Numbered from the stretch's first letter, positions 1 through 6,389 are shown. The stretch: DNA of 56,565 nucleotides from a virus (IMGVR_UViG_3300043788_000176:1-56565), one strand, 5' to 3'. Translations and numbers: made by a program. Notes: generated by a model from the sequence alone, not told the origin.

Positions 1-201
1 GCGTGACCCGTAACGCTGTTAGCGACAAGACGGTGAGTGTCGCGGGCTCCATTTCCCGAACAACCCCGTCAGCCGACGGATGGTCGTGGAAACCTGTGGA
101 GCACCATCGTGGTCGGCACCCTTTGCGCGGGATCGACCGGCGTAGCCCCCGTAGCGAGTATGGGCCTCGCTAAGGTCTCCCCGGCCGGTCGATCCCGCGC
201 A
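1..201 (+). ncRNA. Unidentified highly structured RNA (probably truncated by window start)
   Basis: Nested hairpins: gcgaca/tgtcgc (22-43), gccgac..gatggt/accatc..gtcggc (72-117), 18-bp perfect stem 124-141/184-201 enclosing a tagcgag/ctcgcta hairpin. No convincing ORF. Confidence 0.45.
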
Positions 202-224
202 GAACCCGCAACCCGGAGGATGAG

Positions 225-422
225 ATGGCATCGGACGCCAAATCCGGTGATAAATGCCAAACCTGTGGTGGTTCTGGATGGAACCCCGCGATTCGGGTGA
301 AGCCGGTTCACATAGAGGGATTGATCGACGGCGACCGCCGCGCCCTCGAAACCCTGCACGATTATCTCAAGCGGCGGTTGTGCTGCCCCGATTGCGGCGG
401 CAGCGGGCACCGCGCAGAGTAG
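225..422 (+). CDS. Small protein with two DnaJ-type CxxCxGxG zinc-finger motifs
   Basis: CQTCGGSG and CPDCGGSG; GGAGG RBS upstream. The TAG stop is U8-A9-G10 of the next tRNA. Confidence 0.75.
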   Translation: MASDAKSGDKCQTCGGSGWNPAIRVKPVHIEGLIDGDRRALETLHDYLKRRLCCPDCGGSGHRAE

Positions 423-487
423 TTCAGTGGCAGAACGGCGTGCTCATAACGCGCAAGTCGGAGGTTCGATCCCTCCCTCTGCGACCA
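413..487 (+). tRNA. tRNA(CAT), elongator Met or Ile2
   Basis: cgcagag/ctctgcg acceptor, loop CT-CAT-AA, TTCGAT T-loop, encoded ACCA. Confidence 0.92.
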
Positions 488-494
488 GCATTGA

Positions 495-570
495 CGCGGG
501 AGGCAAGGGCCAGTGCCCTGGTCCGGCTCATAACCGGACAACCCGGAGGCAGCATCCGGTCCCGCCACCA
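495..570 (+). tRNA. Initiator-like tRNA(CAT) with atypical D and T arms
   Basis: C1xC72 mismatch, tccgg-CTCATAA-ccgga, T-loop GGCAGCA, ACCA end. Confidence 0.8.
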
Positions 571-572
571 AC

Positions 573-665
573 CCACTGGGATCGCCGACCCCCAACGGCG
601 AGGCTTTCGTGACGCGCCGGGGCAACGTCCACCTGTCCTCCCCATGCCACCCCGGTTCCCAGTGG
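573..665 (+). ncRNA. Unidentified multi-hairpin RNA closed by a 9-bp terminal stem
   Basis: ccactggga/tcccagtgg; internal tcgccg/cggcga and ccgggg/ccccgg helices. Confidence 0.5.
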
Positions 666-722
666 CCCTATCCCACGTTGGCGTCAATCTTGTCGTCAAC
701 GTTACTCTGCGAGAGAGTTGCG

Positions 723-1040
723 ATGACAACCGTGTTTGCCAAGCATGAGCCATACGATGACGGCCATCTAGGCGAGGTCGGATTGGACATGGATCACGCG
801 GGCGCTCCGACAATCCGCGCGGTACTAATTGCCGGTAATCTCTACGCCGTTGATGGTTCACATAGGCTGGCGCAGGCGCACTATCGCGGGCTGATCCTCA
901 AGGTGATAGTCTTGGAGAGCGATCTCCATGGCGATCCGCGCATTCCAGCTGATCTTCCGCGATATGACTTTGATTACGTCATTGCGCTCAGGGAGAGTGA
1001 TTTCGCCGATGAGGCAGTTGTGGTCAATGCACCTGTTTGA
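723..1040 (+). CDS. ParB/Sulfiredoxin-like domain protein
   Basis: LYAVDGSHRLAQA motif (DGxHR). Start moved to ATG 723; stop lies in the tRNA-Phe anticodon loop. Confidence 0.7.
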   Translation: MTTVFAKHEPYDDGHLGEVGLDMDHAGAPTIRAVLIAGNLYAVDGSHRLAQAHYRGLILKVIVLESDLHGDPRIPADLPRYDFDYVIALRESDFADEAVVVNAPV

Positions 1041-1080
1041 AGAACAGGCCAAGGTGGTTCGATTCCATCCATCGGCACCA
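1005..1080 (+). tRNA. trnF: tRNA-Phe(GAA)
   Basis: gccgatg/catcggc, cctgt-TTGAAGA-acagg, TTCGAT, ACCA. Confidence 0.9.
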
Positions 1081-1084
1081 GTTT

Positions 1085-1158
1085 GCGTCCATCGTCCAAA
1101 GGAAGGGCCTCAGATTTCCATTCTGAAGATCTCGGTTCGAGTCCGTGTGGACGCTCCA
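1085..1158 (+). tRNA. trnG: tRNA-Gly(TCC)
   Basis: gcgtcca/tggacgc, U73, loop TT-TCC-AT, TTCGAG. Confidence 0.92.
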
Positions 1159-1177
1159 GATACAAGGGGAACGCGCG

Positions 1178-1489
1178 ATGATGAAGCACAGCGACTTTCG
1201 GATCGGTGTCGAATTCACGACTGGCGCTGGGCGCTGGCGATGCACCGATATCGGGACGCGGGTCATTACCGCGATCCGCCTTGATGAGGTGCGGATCGCG
1301 ACGGTCAGCGGCGGTGTGAAATCCATGCGGGCTCTGTGCTATGCTGAGGCCAATGCCGAGGGTTGGTTCAACGGGCCACCCTATGCCGTCGCTGAGAGCG
1401 TATTTGACGAGGACGGCCAAGAGGGATGTACGTTTTATGCGGGTCCCCAAGGGGATAGCGAGCCCGAGAGTCGATCGCTCCCTCGGTAG
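1178..1489 (+). CDS. Conserved hypothetical protein
   Basis: WRCTDIGTRVITAIRLD motif recalled from mobile-element hypotheticals; ends TAG TAG. Confidence 0.7.
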   Translation: MMKHSDFRIGVEFTTGAGRWRCTDIGTRVITAIRLDEVRIATVSGGVKSMRALCYAEANAEGWFNGPPYAVAESVFDEDGQEGCTFYAGPQGDSEPESRSLPR

Positions 1490-1538
1490 TAGCGAATGCG
1501 CCGGTCCCTGCTCCCTCGGCCCAGCCCGCTCCAGACAT

Positions 1539-1616
1539 TGGCAGCTAGCAATCAGGGTGACTGCGCTCGCCTGTTAAGCGAGAATGAGTCCGGTTCGATC
1601 CCGGAGCTGCCAGCCA
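1539..1616 (+). tRNA. trnN: tRNA-Asn(GTT)
   Basis: tggcagc/gctgcca, G73, ctcgc-CTGTTAA-gcgag. Confidence 0.92.
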
Positions 1617-1687
1617 ATCTTCGTGCGCACGGAGCCGGAACGCCACGGGGTCGGCGTGACAGCCAGGAGAGCACTGGCAACTGAATT

Positions 1688-1760
1688 GCGGACGAGCAGC
1701 GGTCTGCCTGCGGGTCTCCAAAACCTGCCAGCGAGGGTTCGACACCTTCCGTCCGTGCCA
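1688..1760 (+). tRNA. trnW: tRNA-Trp(CCA), weak D arm
   Basis: gcggacg/cgtccgt, G73, loop CT-CCA-AA, TTCGAC. Confidence 0.85.
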
Positions 1761-1778
1761 GCTAAAGAGGAAACCGCG

Positions 1779-2057
1779 ATGACTGAGAAATCGTTCGGCG
1801 ACGATCCGCTGATCTACAGCGAGACCGCGAAACGGCAAATCGCGGAAGACCCGGAGTTGGCAGACGTGATGAAGGATGTCGCGGCGAAGATGCGGCAGGC
1901 GCTCCACGCATGGCAAAGCGGTCAGTACCCAAACTTCGAGACCGCGATGGCGGCGCTCGGTTGCGATATTGCGGAAGTTTCCCCTGGGGACGAGGATTAT
2001 GAGGCAGTCTTCGAAGGGATTGCGATCGAAAATATCCGCAAGGGGAACGCGAAATAA
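1779..2057 (+). CDS. Hypothetical protein
   Basis: AGAGG RBS then ATG 1779; fills the gap between tRNAs. Confidence 0.7.
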   Translation: MTEKSFGDDPLIYSETAKRQIAEDPELADVMKDVAAKMRQALHAWQSGQYPNFETAMAALGCDIAEVSPGDEDYEAVFEGIAIENIRKGNAK

Positions 2058-2065
2058 TTTCAGTC

Positions 2066-2141
2066 GTGCCGCGAGCCAGCTAGGGAAGGCGTCGAGTTGC
2101 AACCTCGATTCGGCAGGGTGCGATCCCCTGGCGGCACTCCA
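2066..2141 (+). tRNA. trnC: tRNA-Cys(GCA)
   Basis: gtgccgc/gcggcac, U73, tcgag-TTGCAAC-ctcga, T-loop TGCGATC. Confidence 0.88.
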
Positions 2142-2142
2142 G

Positions 2143-2254
2143 TTTCGTGCGGGTTATCGGGTGGGCGGGTCGGTTTGGATTTGTGTTGCTCCTGGCCGGG
2201 AAGCAGCGCAGACGCCGGTCTCTGGGAAGTTGAACCGTTCCCAGACGCACGAAA
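2143..2254 (+). ncRNA. Unidentified structured RNA between tRNA-Cys and tRNA-His
   Basis: tttcgtgcg/cgcacgaaa closing stem; tttgtgttgct/agcagcgcaga and tctgggaa/ttcccaga hairpins. Confidence 0.5.
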
Positions 2255-2264
2255 ACATCTCGAT

Positions 2265-2340
2265 GGCGAGGTTAGTGAACCAGTGGAAACGCCGCCCTGT
2301 GGAGGCGGAGCAGCGGGGCCAGCACCCGCACCTCGCCCCA
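2265..2340 (+). tRNA. trnH: tRNA-His(GTG) with encoded G-1:C73
   Basis: G-1 + gcgaggt/acctcgc + C73 + CCA; ccgcc-CTGTGGA-ggcgg; T-loop GCCAGCA. Confidence 0.88.
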
Positions 2341-2345
2341 TCTAG

Positions 2346-2421
2346 GCTGGATTGGCCGAGAGAATAGGCACTCGCCCTGTAAGCGATGACGACGTAGGTT
2401 AAAGTCCTACATCCAGCACCA
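2346..2421 (+). tRNA. trnT: tRNA-Thr(TGT), C33 variant
   Basis: gctggat/atccagc (G1-C72, C2-G71), loop CC-TGT-AA, T-loop TTAAAGT. Confidence 0.75.
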
Positions 2422-2440
2422 ATTTCAGGAGAGGCGAGAG

Positions 2441-2875
2441 ATGCGCACCATAATATTCGACATTGACGGGACTCTCGCCAATGGGGCGCACCGTCAGCAT
2501 CATTTGGCCGCCCTGAAAAAGGACTGGGATGCCTTCTACGCCGCGATGGGCGAGGACACGGCTATCCAGCCGATCATCGACTTGGCCAATCAACTCGCTT
2601 GCGACTACCACATTGTCCTCTGCACTGGGCGTCCCTCCAATTATCGCGAGGTGACCGAGCGCTGGCTCTACGACCACGATGTCCCGCGCTCGGCTCTCTA
2701 CATGCGTGCTGAAGGCGACTTTCGCGACGACACCATTGTGAAACGCGAGATGCTAGCGCAGATGCGGGCGGCTGGATTTGAGCCGTGTCTGGTCGTTGAC
2801 GATCGTACAAAAGTGGTTCGGATGTGGCGTGAGGAAGGATTGGTCTGTCTGCAATGTGCCGAGGGTGATTTCTGA
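2441..2875 (+). CDS. HAD-family phosphatase resembling the 3'-phosphatase domain of T4 PseT (Pnkp)
   Basis: FDIDGTLA motif I, CTGRP motif II, VVDDR motif IV; AGGAGAGG RBS. Confidence 0.88.
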   Translation: MRTIIFDIDGTLANGAHRQHHLAALKKDWDAFYAAMGEDTAIQPIIDLANQLACDYHIVLCTGRPSNYREVTERWLYDHDVPRSALYMRAEGDFRDDTIVKREMLAQMRAAGFEPCLVVDDRTKVVRMWREEGLVCLQCAEGDF

Positions 2876-3075
2876 TGGAAACTTGCGCGTGTCGCATTGA
2901 TTGGGTTTGCTGTTTTCGGCAAGATTGCCCGCGAGCGGCATACATTCGGCGGTTGCAGGAAGCGGCTTACGAGCAAGCGCGTGAGCTTTTAGGTGATCCG
3001 CGCGAGTGCGTTTCGGTGGGACAAGAAGCGGATTGTGATGGCGGATCGTTCAATGGCGAGGATCATGCGCTCTGA
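2875..3075 (+). CDS. Small Cys-rich hypothetical protein
   Basis: TGATG coupling to the upstream gene; stop falls in the tRNA-Gln anticodon loop. Confidence 0.5.
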   Translation: METCACRIDWVCCFRQDCPRAAYIRRLQEAAYEQARELLGDPRECVSVGQEADCDGGSFNGEDHAL

Positions 3076-3113
3076 CCGCATAGATTTGGGTTCGAATCCC
3101 AATCCGCCTGCCA
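3039..3113 (+). tRNA. trnQ: tRNA-Gln(CTG)
   Basis: tggcgga/tccgcct (U1xU72), G73, atgcg-CTCTGAC-cgcat. Confidence 0.9.
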
Positions 3114-3199
3114 ATCGCGGGTCAGAGCTTTGGGCCGTCGGTGACGGGCGGTCGTGGCCTTTGCACTTAGCTCTGGATCGAGCCCACCCTCCCCGCGAT
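3114..3199 (+). ncRNA. Unidentified structured RNA
   Basis: atcgcggg/cccgcgat outer stem, cagagct/agctctg inner stem. Confidence 0.4.
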
Positions 3200-3221
3200 T
3201 TCCAACAGAAAGGGGCGCATC

Positions 3222-3518
3222 ATGGCTGAGAACGAATACTTGACAGGAACGGGCCAGTGGCTCACCGGGGTCCATCCGCGCGAGATCTGCGTCGGCGAGC
3301 ATTGTGTGATCCACAACCCATCAGACCATTGCATGCGTGGGTTCCCGACCCACTGGCGTGCTGACCGCAAGTTGATGGAGCGCATCTGTCCGCACGGCAT
3401 CGGCCATCCCGACCCCGACGACATCGCGTTCAAGCGCGCCACCCGCGGCGACAAGTTTGCCGATACCGAGGTGGTTCACGGTTGCGACGGTTGCTGTTCG
3501 CCTCGGGGATTTGTCTGA
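3222..3518 (+). CDS. Conserved phage His/Cys-rich hypothetical protein
   Basis: CVIHNPSDH...ERICPHGIGHPDPD motif typical of a phage hypothetical family. Confidence 0.8.
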   Translation: MAENEYLTGTGQWLTGVHPREICVGEHCVIHNPSDHCMRGFPTHWRADRKLMERICPHGIGHPDPDDIAFKRATRGDKFADTEVVHGCDGCCSPRGFV

Positions 3519-3591
3519 GGCGGGTGGCCCAGGTGGGTACCGCCGGCTTTGACCCGGCGCGTGTTCGGATCGTGCCCGAAGCCCGCTTCCA
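3519..3591 (+). tRNA. trnQ: tRNA-Gln(TTG), atypical
   Basis: gccgg-CTTTGAC-ccggc, T-loop ATCGTGC, short D arm, TCCA end. Confidence 0.7.
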
Positions 3592-3592
3592 A

Positions 3593-3667
3593 CGCCCATT
3601 CCGCTACCGGCTAGGCGACCCGGTTCTCAGCCGGGCAAAGCGAGTTCGACCCTCGCATGGGCGACCA
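3593..3667 (+). tRNA. trnE: tRNA-Glu(CTC)
   Basis: cgcccat/atgggcg, cccgg-TTCTCAG-ccggg, TTCGAC. Confidence 0.88.
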
Positions 3668-3671
3668 ATAC

Positions 3672-3694
3672 GCGGGCGTGGGGGAACGGTAGAC
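3672..3694 (+). pseudogene. Orphan 5' fragment of a tRNA-Leu
   Basis: gcgggcgtgggggaacggtagac = acceptor strand plus Leu-type D arm; first 8 nt identical to the tRNA at 4205; no 3' half follows. Confidence 0.6.
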
Positions 3695-3737
3695 GGAAGA
3701 TGGTGCGGAAGAGGCGGGGTCATGATACGATCGCCTT

Positions 3738-4214
3738 ATGGATCGTCGCCGCTGGTCAGACGCGGATTTGATTAGAGCCGTAAGCGAGGCAAAATCGATT
3801 GCTTCGGTTTTGCATATCATTGGACTCGTGCCGGCCGGCGGAAACTACAGCTTGATAAAAAGCCACATTCGGCGACTGCGGTTGGATACGAATCACTTTA
3901 CTGGACAAGGATGGAGCCGCGGCTGGGAACTCCCATCAAGAGGAACGCCGCTTGCGGAATTGCTAGTAGCTGGAATTCACCTGAACACCGGCCACATCAA
4001 AAAGCGTTTGATTAAGGACAGACTGATCGAGGAGCGATGCGCCCGCTGTGGCATATCAGATTGGCTTGGACAGAAACTAAGTCTGCATCTTGACCACAAG
4101 AATGGCGCGCGAACAGATTTTCGAATGGAAAATCTGTGGCTGTTGTGTCCGAATTGTCATTCGCAGACCCCAACGTACTGCGGGCGTAACGCATCAAAAA
4201 TTGCGCGGGCGTAG
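3738..4214 (+). CDS. HNH endonuclease
   Basis: CARCG...LHLDHKNG..DFRMENLWLLCPNCH; stop is U8-A9-G10 of tRNA-Leu(TAA). Confidence 0.93.
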   Translation: MDRRRWSDADLIRAVSEAKSIASVLHIIGLVPAGGNYSLIKSHIRRLRLDTNHFTGQGWSRGWELPSRGTPLAELLVAGIHLNTGHIKKRLIKDRLIEERCARCGISDWLGQKLSLHLDHKNGARTDFRMENLWLLCPNCHSQTPTYCGRNASKIARA

Positions 4215-4281
4215 CCGAAGGTCAGGCGGAGAGATTTAAACCCTCTTGTCCTATGGGGTTCGATTCCCCGCGCCCGCACCA
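4205..4281 (+). tRNA. trnL: tRNA-Leu(TAA) without long variable arm
   Basis: gcgggcg/cgcccgc, A73, loop TT-TAA-AC, about 7-nt variable region. Confidence 0.8.
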
Positions 4282-4286
4282 ATTTT

Positions 4287-4371
4287 GTCCGAGTGGCGAA
4301 AATAGTAGACGCGCCTGTCTCATGAACAGGTGCCTCCGGGCGTGGGAGTTCAACTCTCCCCTCGCGCACCA
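4287..4371 (+). tRNA. Class II Leu-type tRNA body carrying a CAT anticodon
   Basis: D arm gtggcgaaaatagtagacgc, long variable arm, A73, loop CT-CAT-GA (G37). Confidence 0.8.
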
Positions 4372-4376
4372 GTTCA

Positions 4377-4466
4377 GGGCGGCTAACCGGACAAGCGCAC
4401 CGGCACCGGTCGGAAACCGGTTGGAGCCTTCATGGGCTTGTGGAGCGTGACCACAGCCGCCCGCCA
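4377..4466 (+). tRNA. trnS: tRNA-Ser(GGA), C33, atypical T-loop
   Basis: gggcggc/gccgccc, G73, long variable arm, loop TC-GGA-AA, T-loop AGCGTGA. Confidence 0.8.
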
Positions 4467-4473
4467 CACTAAC

Positions 4474-4561
4474 GGTTGGGTATCCGAGCCGGCGCTCGGC
4501 CTCGTCTTGAAAGCGAGTGGCACGGAGACGTGTGCGGGTCGGCACCAGCACCCAACCGCCA
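4474..4561 (+). tRNA. trnS: tRNA-Ser(TGA)
   Basis: ggttggg/cccaacc, G73, loop CT-TGA-AA, long variable arm, T-loop GTCGGCA. Confidence 0.82.
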
Positions 4562-4565
4562 ATAC

Positions 4566-4654
4566 GGGCAGTCAACCGCGAGGGCTCGCGGCCCAGCTTC
4601 GAAACCTGGTGGTGCGTGAGAGCGCATGGGACTCGGAATCTCGGCTGCCCGCCA
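4566..4654 (+). tRNA. trnS: tRNA-Ser(CGA)
   Basis: gggcagt/gctgccc, G73, loop TT-CGA-AA, long variable arm, T-loop CTCGGAA. Confidence 0.8.
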
Positions 4655-4658
4655 ATTT

Positions 4659-4747
4659 GGGGCGTGCAAGCAGACAGGCGCACTGCGCTGGATTGCTAAT
4701 CCGGGCGTACCTTCGGGTATCGGCTTCGAATGCCGGCCGCCCCGCCA
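4659..4747 (+). tRNA. trnS: tRNA-Ser(GCT)
   Basis: G73, ctgga-TTGCTAA-tccgg, long variable arm, TTCGAA. Confidence 0.85.
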
Positions 4748-4760
4748 TTCGGAGAAGGTG

Positions 4761-4934
4761 ATGGCTTGGGTCTTAGTCGCCTGCATGGTCGTTTCATTTG
4801 GCAAGCACGATATTTGCGTTACCCCGCAACCCGCCCAGCAATTTGCAACGGTTGCGGCCTGCAAAGCAGCGGCCAATAAGATTGGGCCACCTCATGACTA
4901 TTACGGGCTGTGCAAGCCCGCGGAATTCAAATGA
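4761..4934 (+). CDS. Small hydrophobic, possibly exported Cys-containing protein
   Basis: GGAGAAGG RBS, MAWVLVACMVVSFG N-terminus; stops 1 nt before tRNA-Tyr. Confidence 0.65.
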   Translation: MAWVLVACMVVSFGKHDICVTPQPAQQFATVAACKAAANKIGPPHDYYGLCKPAEFK

Positions 4935-4935
4935 T

Positions 4936-5020
4936 GGGTCGGGAAAGCTGGTGGTTCCAGCAGTCGGTCTGTAAAACCGACCTCGAATGAGGAGAGGATC
5001 GTAACCTCACCGACCCACCA
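4936..5020 (+). tRNA. trnY: tRNA-Tyr(GTA)
   Basis: gggtcgg/ccgaccc, A73, loop CT-GTA-AA, variable arm cctc/gagg, T-loop ATCGTAA. Confidence 0.88.
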
Positions 5021-5022
5021 AT

Positions 5023-5098
5023 GCCCTCGTAGCTCAAAGGTAGAGCATTCGGTTGATAACCGTACCCCCGCCCTGGTCAGTACAGGGCGGGGGTACCA
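5023..5098 (+). tRNA. trnI: tRNA-Ile(GAT) with a competing alternative hairpin
   Basis: Canonical D arm, loop TT-GAT-AA, T-loop GTCAGTA, ACCA; 5062-5096 also forms a perfect 14-bp hairpin. Confidence 0.8.
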
Positions 5099-5113
5099 GA
5101 ACAGGAGACGGCG

Positions 5114-5359
5114 ATGACATGGAACCACCGCGTGATGCGGATGGACTATCCCGACGAGACCCAATTCGAGATTCATGAGGTCCACTACGATACCCCTGAT
5201 GGTCCGCCGCGTTCCTACACCAAGCGCGCGGTCGGCGTCGTCGCTGAAGACCTCGCAGGATTGGAATGGACGCTCAAGGCGATGCTGTCGGCGCTTGAAA
5301 AGCCTGTGCTGACACCAGGCGATTTCCCCGATGGAGGCAAATCGTGCCCTACTTCATGA
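5114..5359 (+). CDS. Conserved phage hypothetical protein
   Basis: AGGAG RBS; WNHRV...IHEVHYD motif. Confidence 0.8.
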   Translation: MTWNHRVMRMDYPDETQFEIHEVHYDTPDGPPRSYTKRAVGVVAEDLAGLEWTLKAMLSALEKPVLTPGDFPDGGKSCPTS

Positions 5360-5409
5360 TCAACATTGAATCTTGGCCAAAAGAGGATTGGTTTGCCAGA
5401 TTGAGTTGA

Positions 5410-5483
5410 GGGGGTATAGCTCAGAGGGAGAGCAGTCGGCCCTTAACCGATCGATCAGGGTTCGAGCCCCTGTGCCCCTACCA
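5410..5483 (+). tRNA. trnK: tRNA-Lys(CTT), C33 variant
   Basis: Canonical D and T arms, loop CC-CTT-AA, ACCA. Confidence 0.85.
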
Positions 5484-5501
5484 ACTGAAAGGATATAGCC
5501 G

Positions 5502-5732
5502 ATGGCTTGGCGGCTTCTGGTTTACAGCGCAGAGACTGACCGACTGACAGCGTCGCTGGACATTCCAGAGTTGTTCTCGCCCGATGTCGAATTCCTTGCT
5601 GAGGTAAAACCGGAGGATGATGGGTTGGGCGAATACCCGCTAGGCGCGCATCAGGCGCGGATCATAGCCGAACGCGCTGGTCTGATTTTGCCAGTTGCCG
5701 AATCGGCCTATTCGGTCGAACTAATTGTCTAG
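5502..5732 (+). CDS. Small acidic hypothetical protein
   Basis: AAGGA RBS; ORF fits between tRNAs. Confidence 0.7.
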   Translation: MAWRLLVYSAETDRLTASLDIPELFSPDVEFLAEVKPEDDGLGEYPLGAHQARIIAERAGLILPVAESAYSVELIV

Positions 5733-5733
5733 T

Positions 5734-5807
5734 GGGCGTGTCTTCCAACGACAGGAAAGTCGGTTGTCTCCCGGCAAATCGGGGTTTGACTCCCCGCACG
5801 CTCGCCA
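5734..5807 (+). tRNA. trnD: tRNA-Asp(GTC)
   Basis: gggcgtg/cacgctc, G73, loop TT-GTC-TC. Confidence 0.85.
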
Positions 5808-5855
5808 GGTTTCCTAGTTGCATTTGTAGGGTAGGCCCACTAAGTTGCTACCCTA

Positions 5856-6389
5856 ATGGGATGGAAGCCAATTGATCTCAATACGGTGCCGATCCGCAGC
5901 CGCGGAGTTTATTTGGATGCCTATGTTCCAGAACATCCTTTTGCGGATCGGCGCGGGCGCGTGCTTCTCCATAGGCTGATTGTTGAAAACAAGGTCGGCC
6001 GTTACCTAACGGCCGCAGAGATAGTTCATCATGATAATGAGAACCCGAGAGATAATGATCCAGATAATCTTTTGATAAAATCCGCACAGGAGCATTCGGC
6101 GCATCATCATCCAAGAGTGAAACGCGTAGAGCTTAAGTGCCTGAATTGTGGATCATCAGTATATAGAAGGCCAAAGCAGATAAAAAACGAGAATGTATTT
6201 TGTGACCGGCGTTGTCGCGGTTTATACAGTCTTGGCCATGCCTTTGGCGGATGCGCGCCGCGCGAGCGCAAGACCCCGCATGGCTCTGCTGGTGACTATC
6301 GTGCTGGCTGTAGATGCGATCTCTGTAAAGCATCTCACGCAAGAAAGATGAGAGAGCGGAGATTGAGACTAAAACGGAGGCTAGGGTAA
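5856..6389 (+). CDS. HNH endonuclease with C-terminal zinc fingers
   Basis: HRLIVE..VGRYL...EIVHHDNENPRDNDPDNL, then CLNC/CDRRC/CRCDLC; lower GC; stop inside tRNA-Pro. Confidence 0.92.
   Translation: MGWKPIDLNTVPIRSRGVYLDAYVPEHPFADRRGRVLLHRLIVENKVGRYLTAAEIVHHDNENPRDNDPDNLLIKSAQEHSAHHHPRVKRVELKCLNCGSSVYRRPKQIKNENVFCDRRCRGLYSLGHAFGGCAPRERKTPHGSAGDYRAGCRCDLCKASHARKMRERRLRLKRRLG

Noticed and set aside
2183-2210. SRP RNA helix 8 (GGAAGCAGC match)
   Set aside because: No GNRA tetraloop, and the 5' strand pairs perfectly instead of forming the symmetric loop.
3672-4281. Group I intron in tRNA-Leu
   Set aside because: Under 50 nt of non-ORF sequence is available for a ribozyme core, and the downstream tRNA is already complete.
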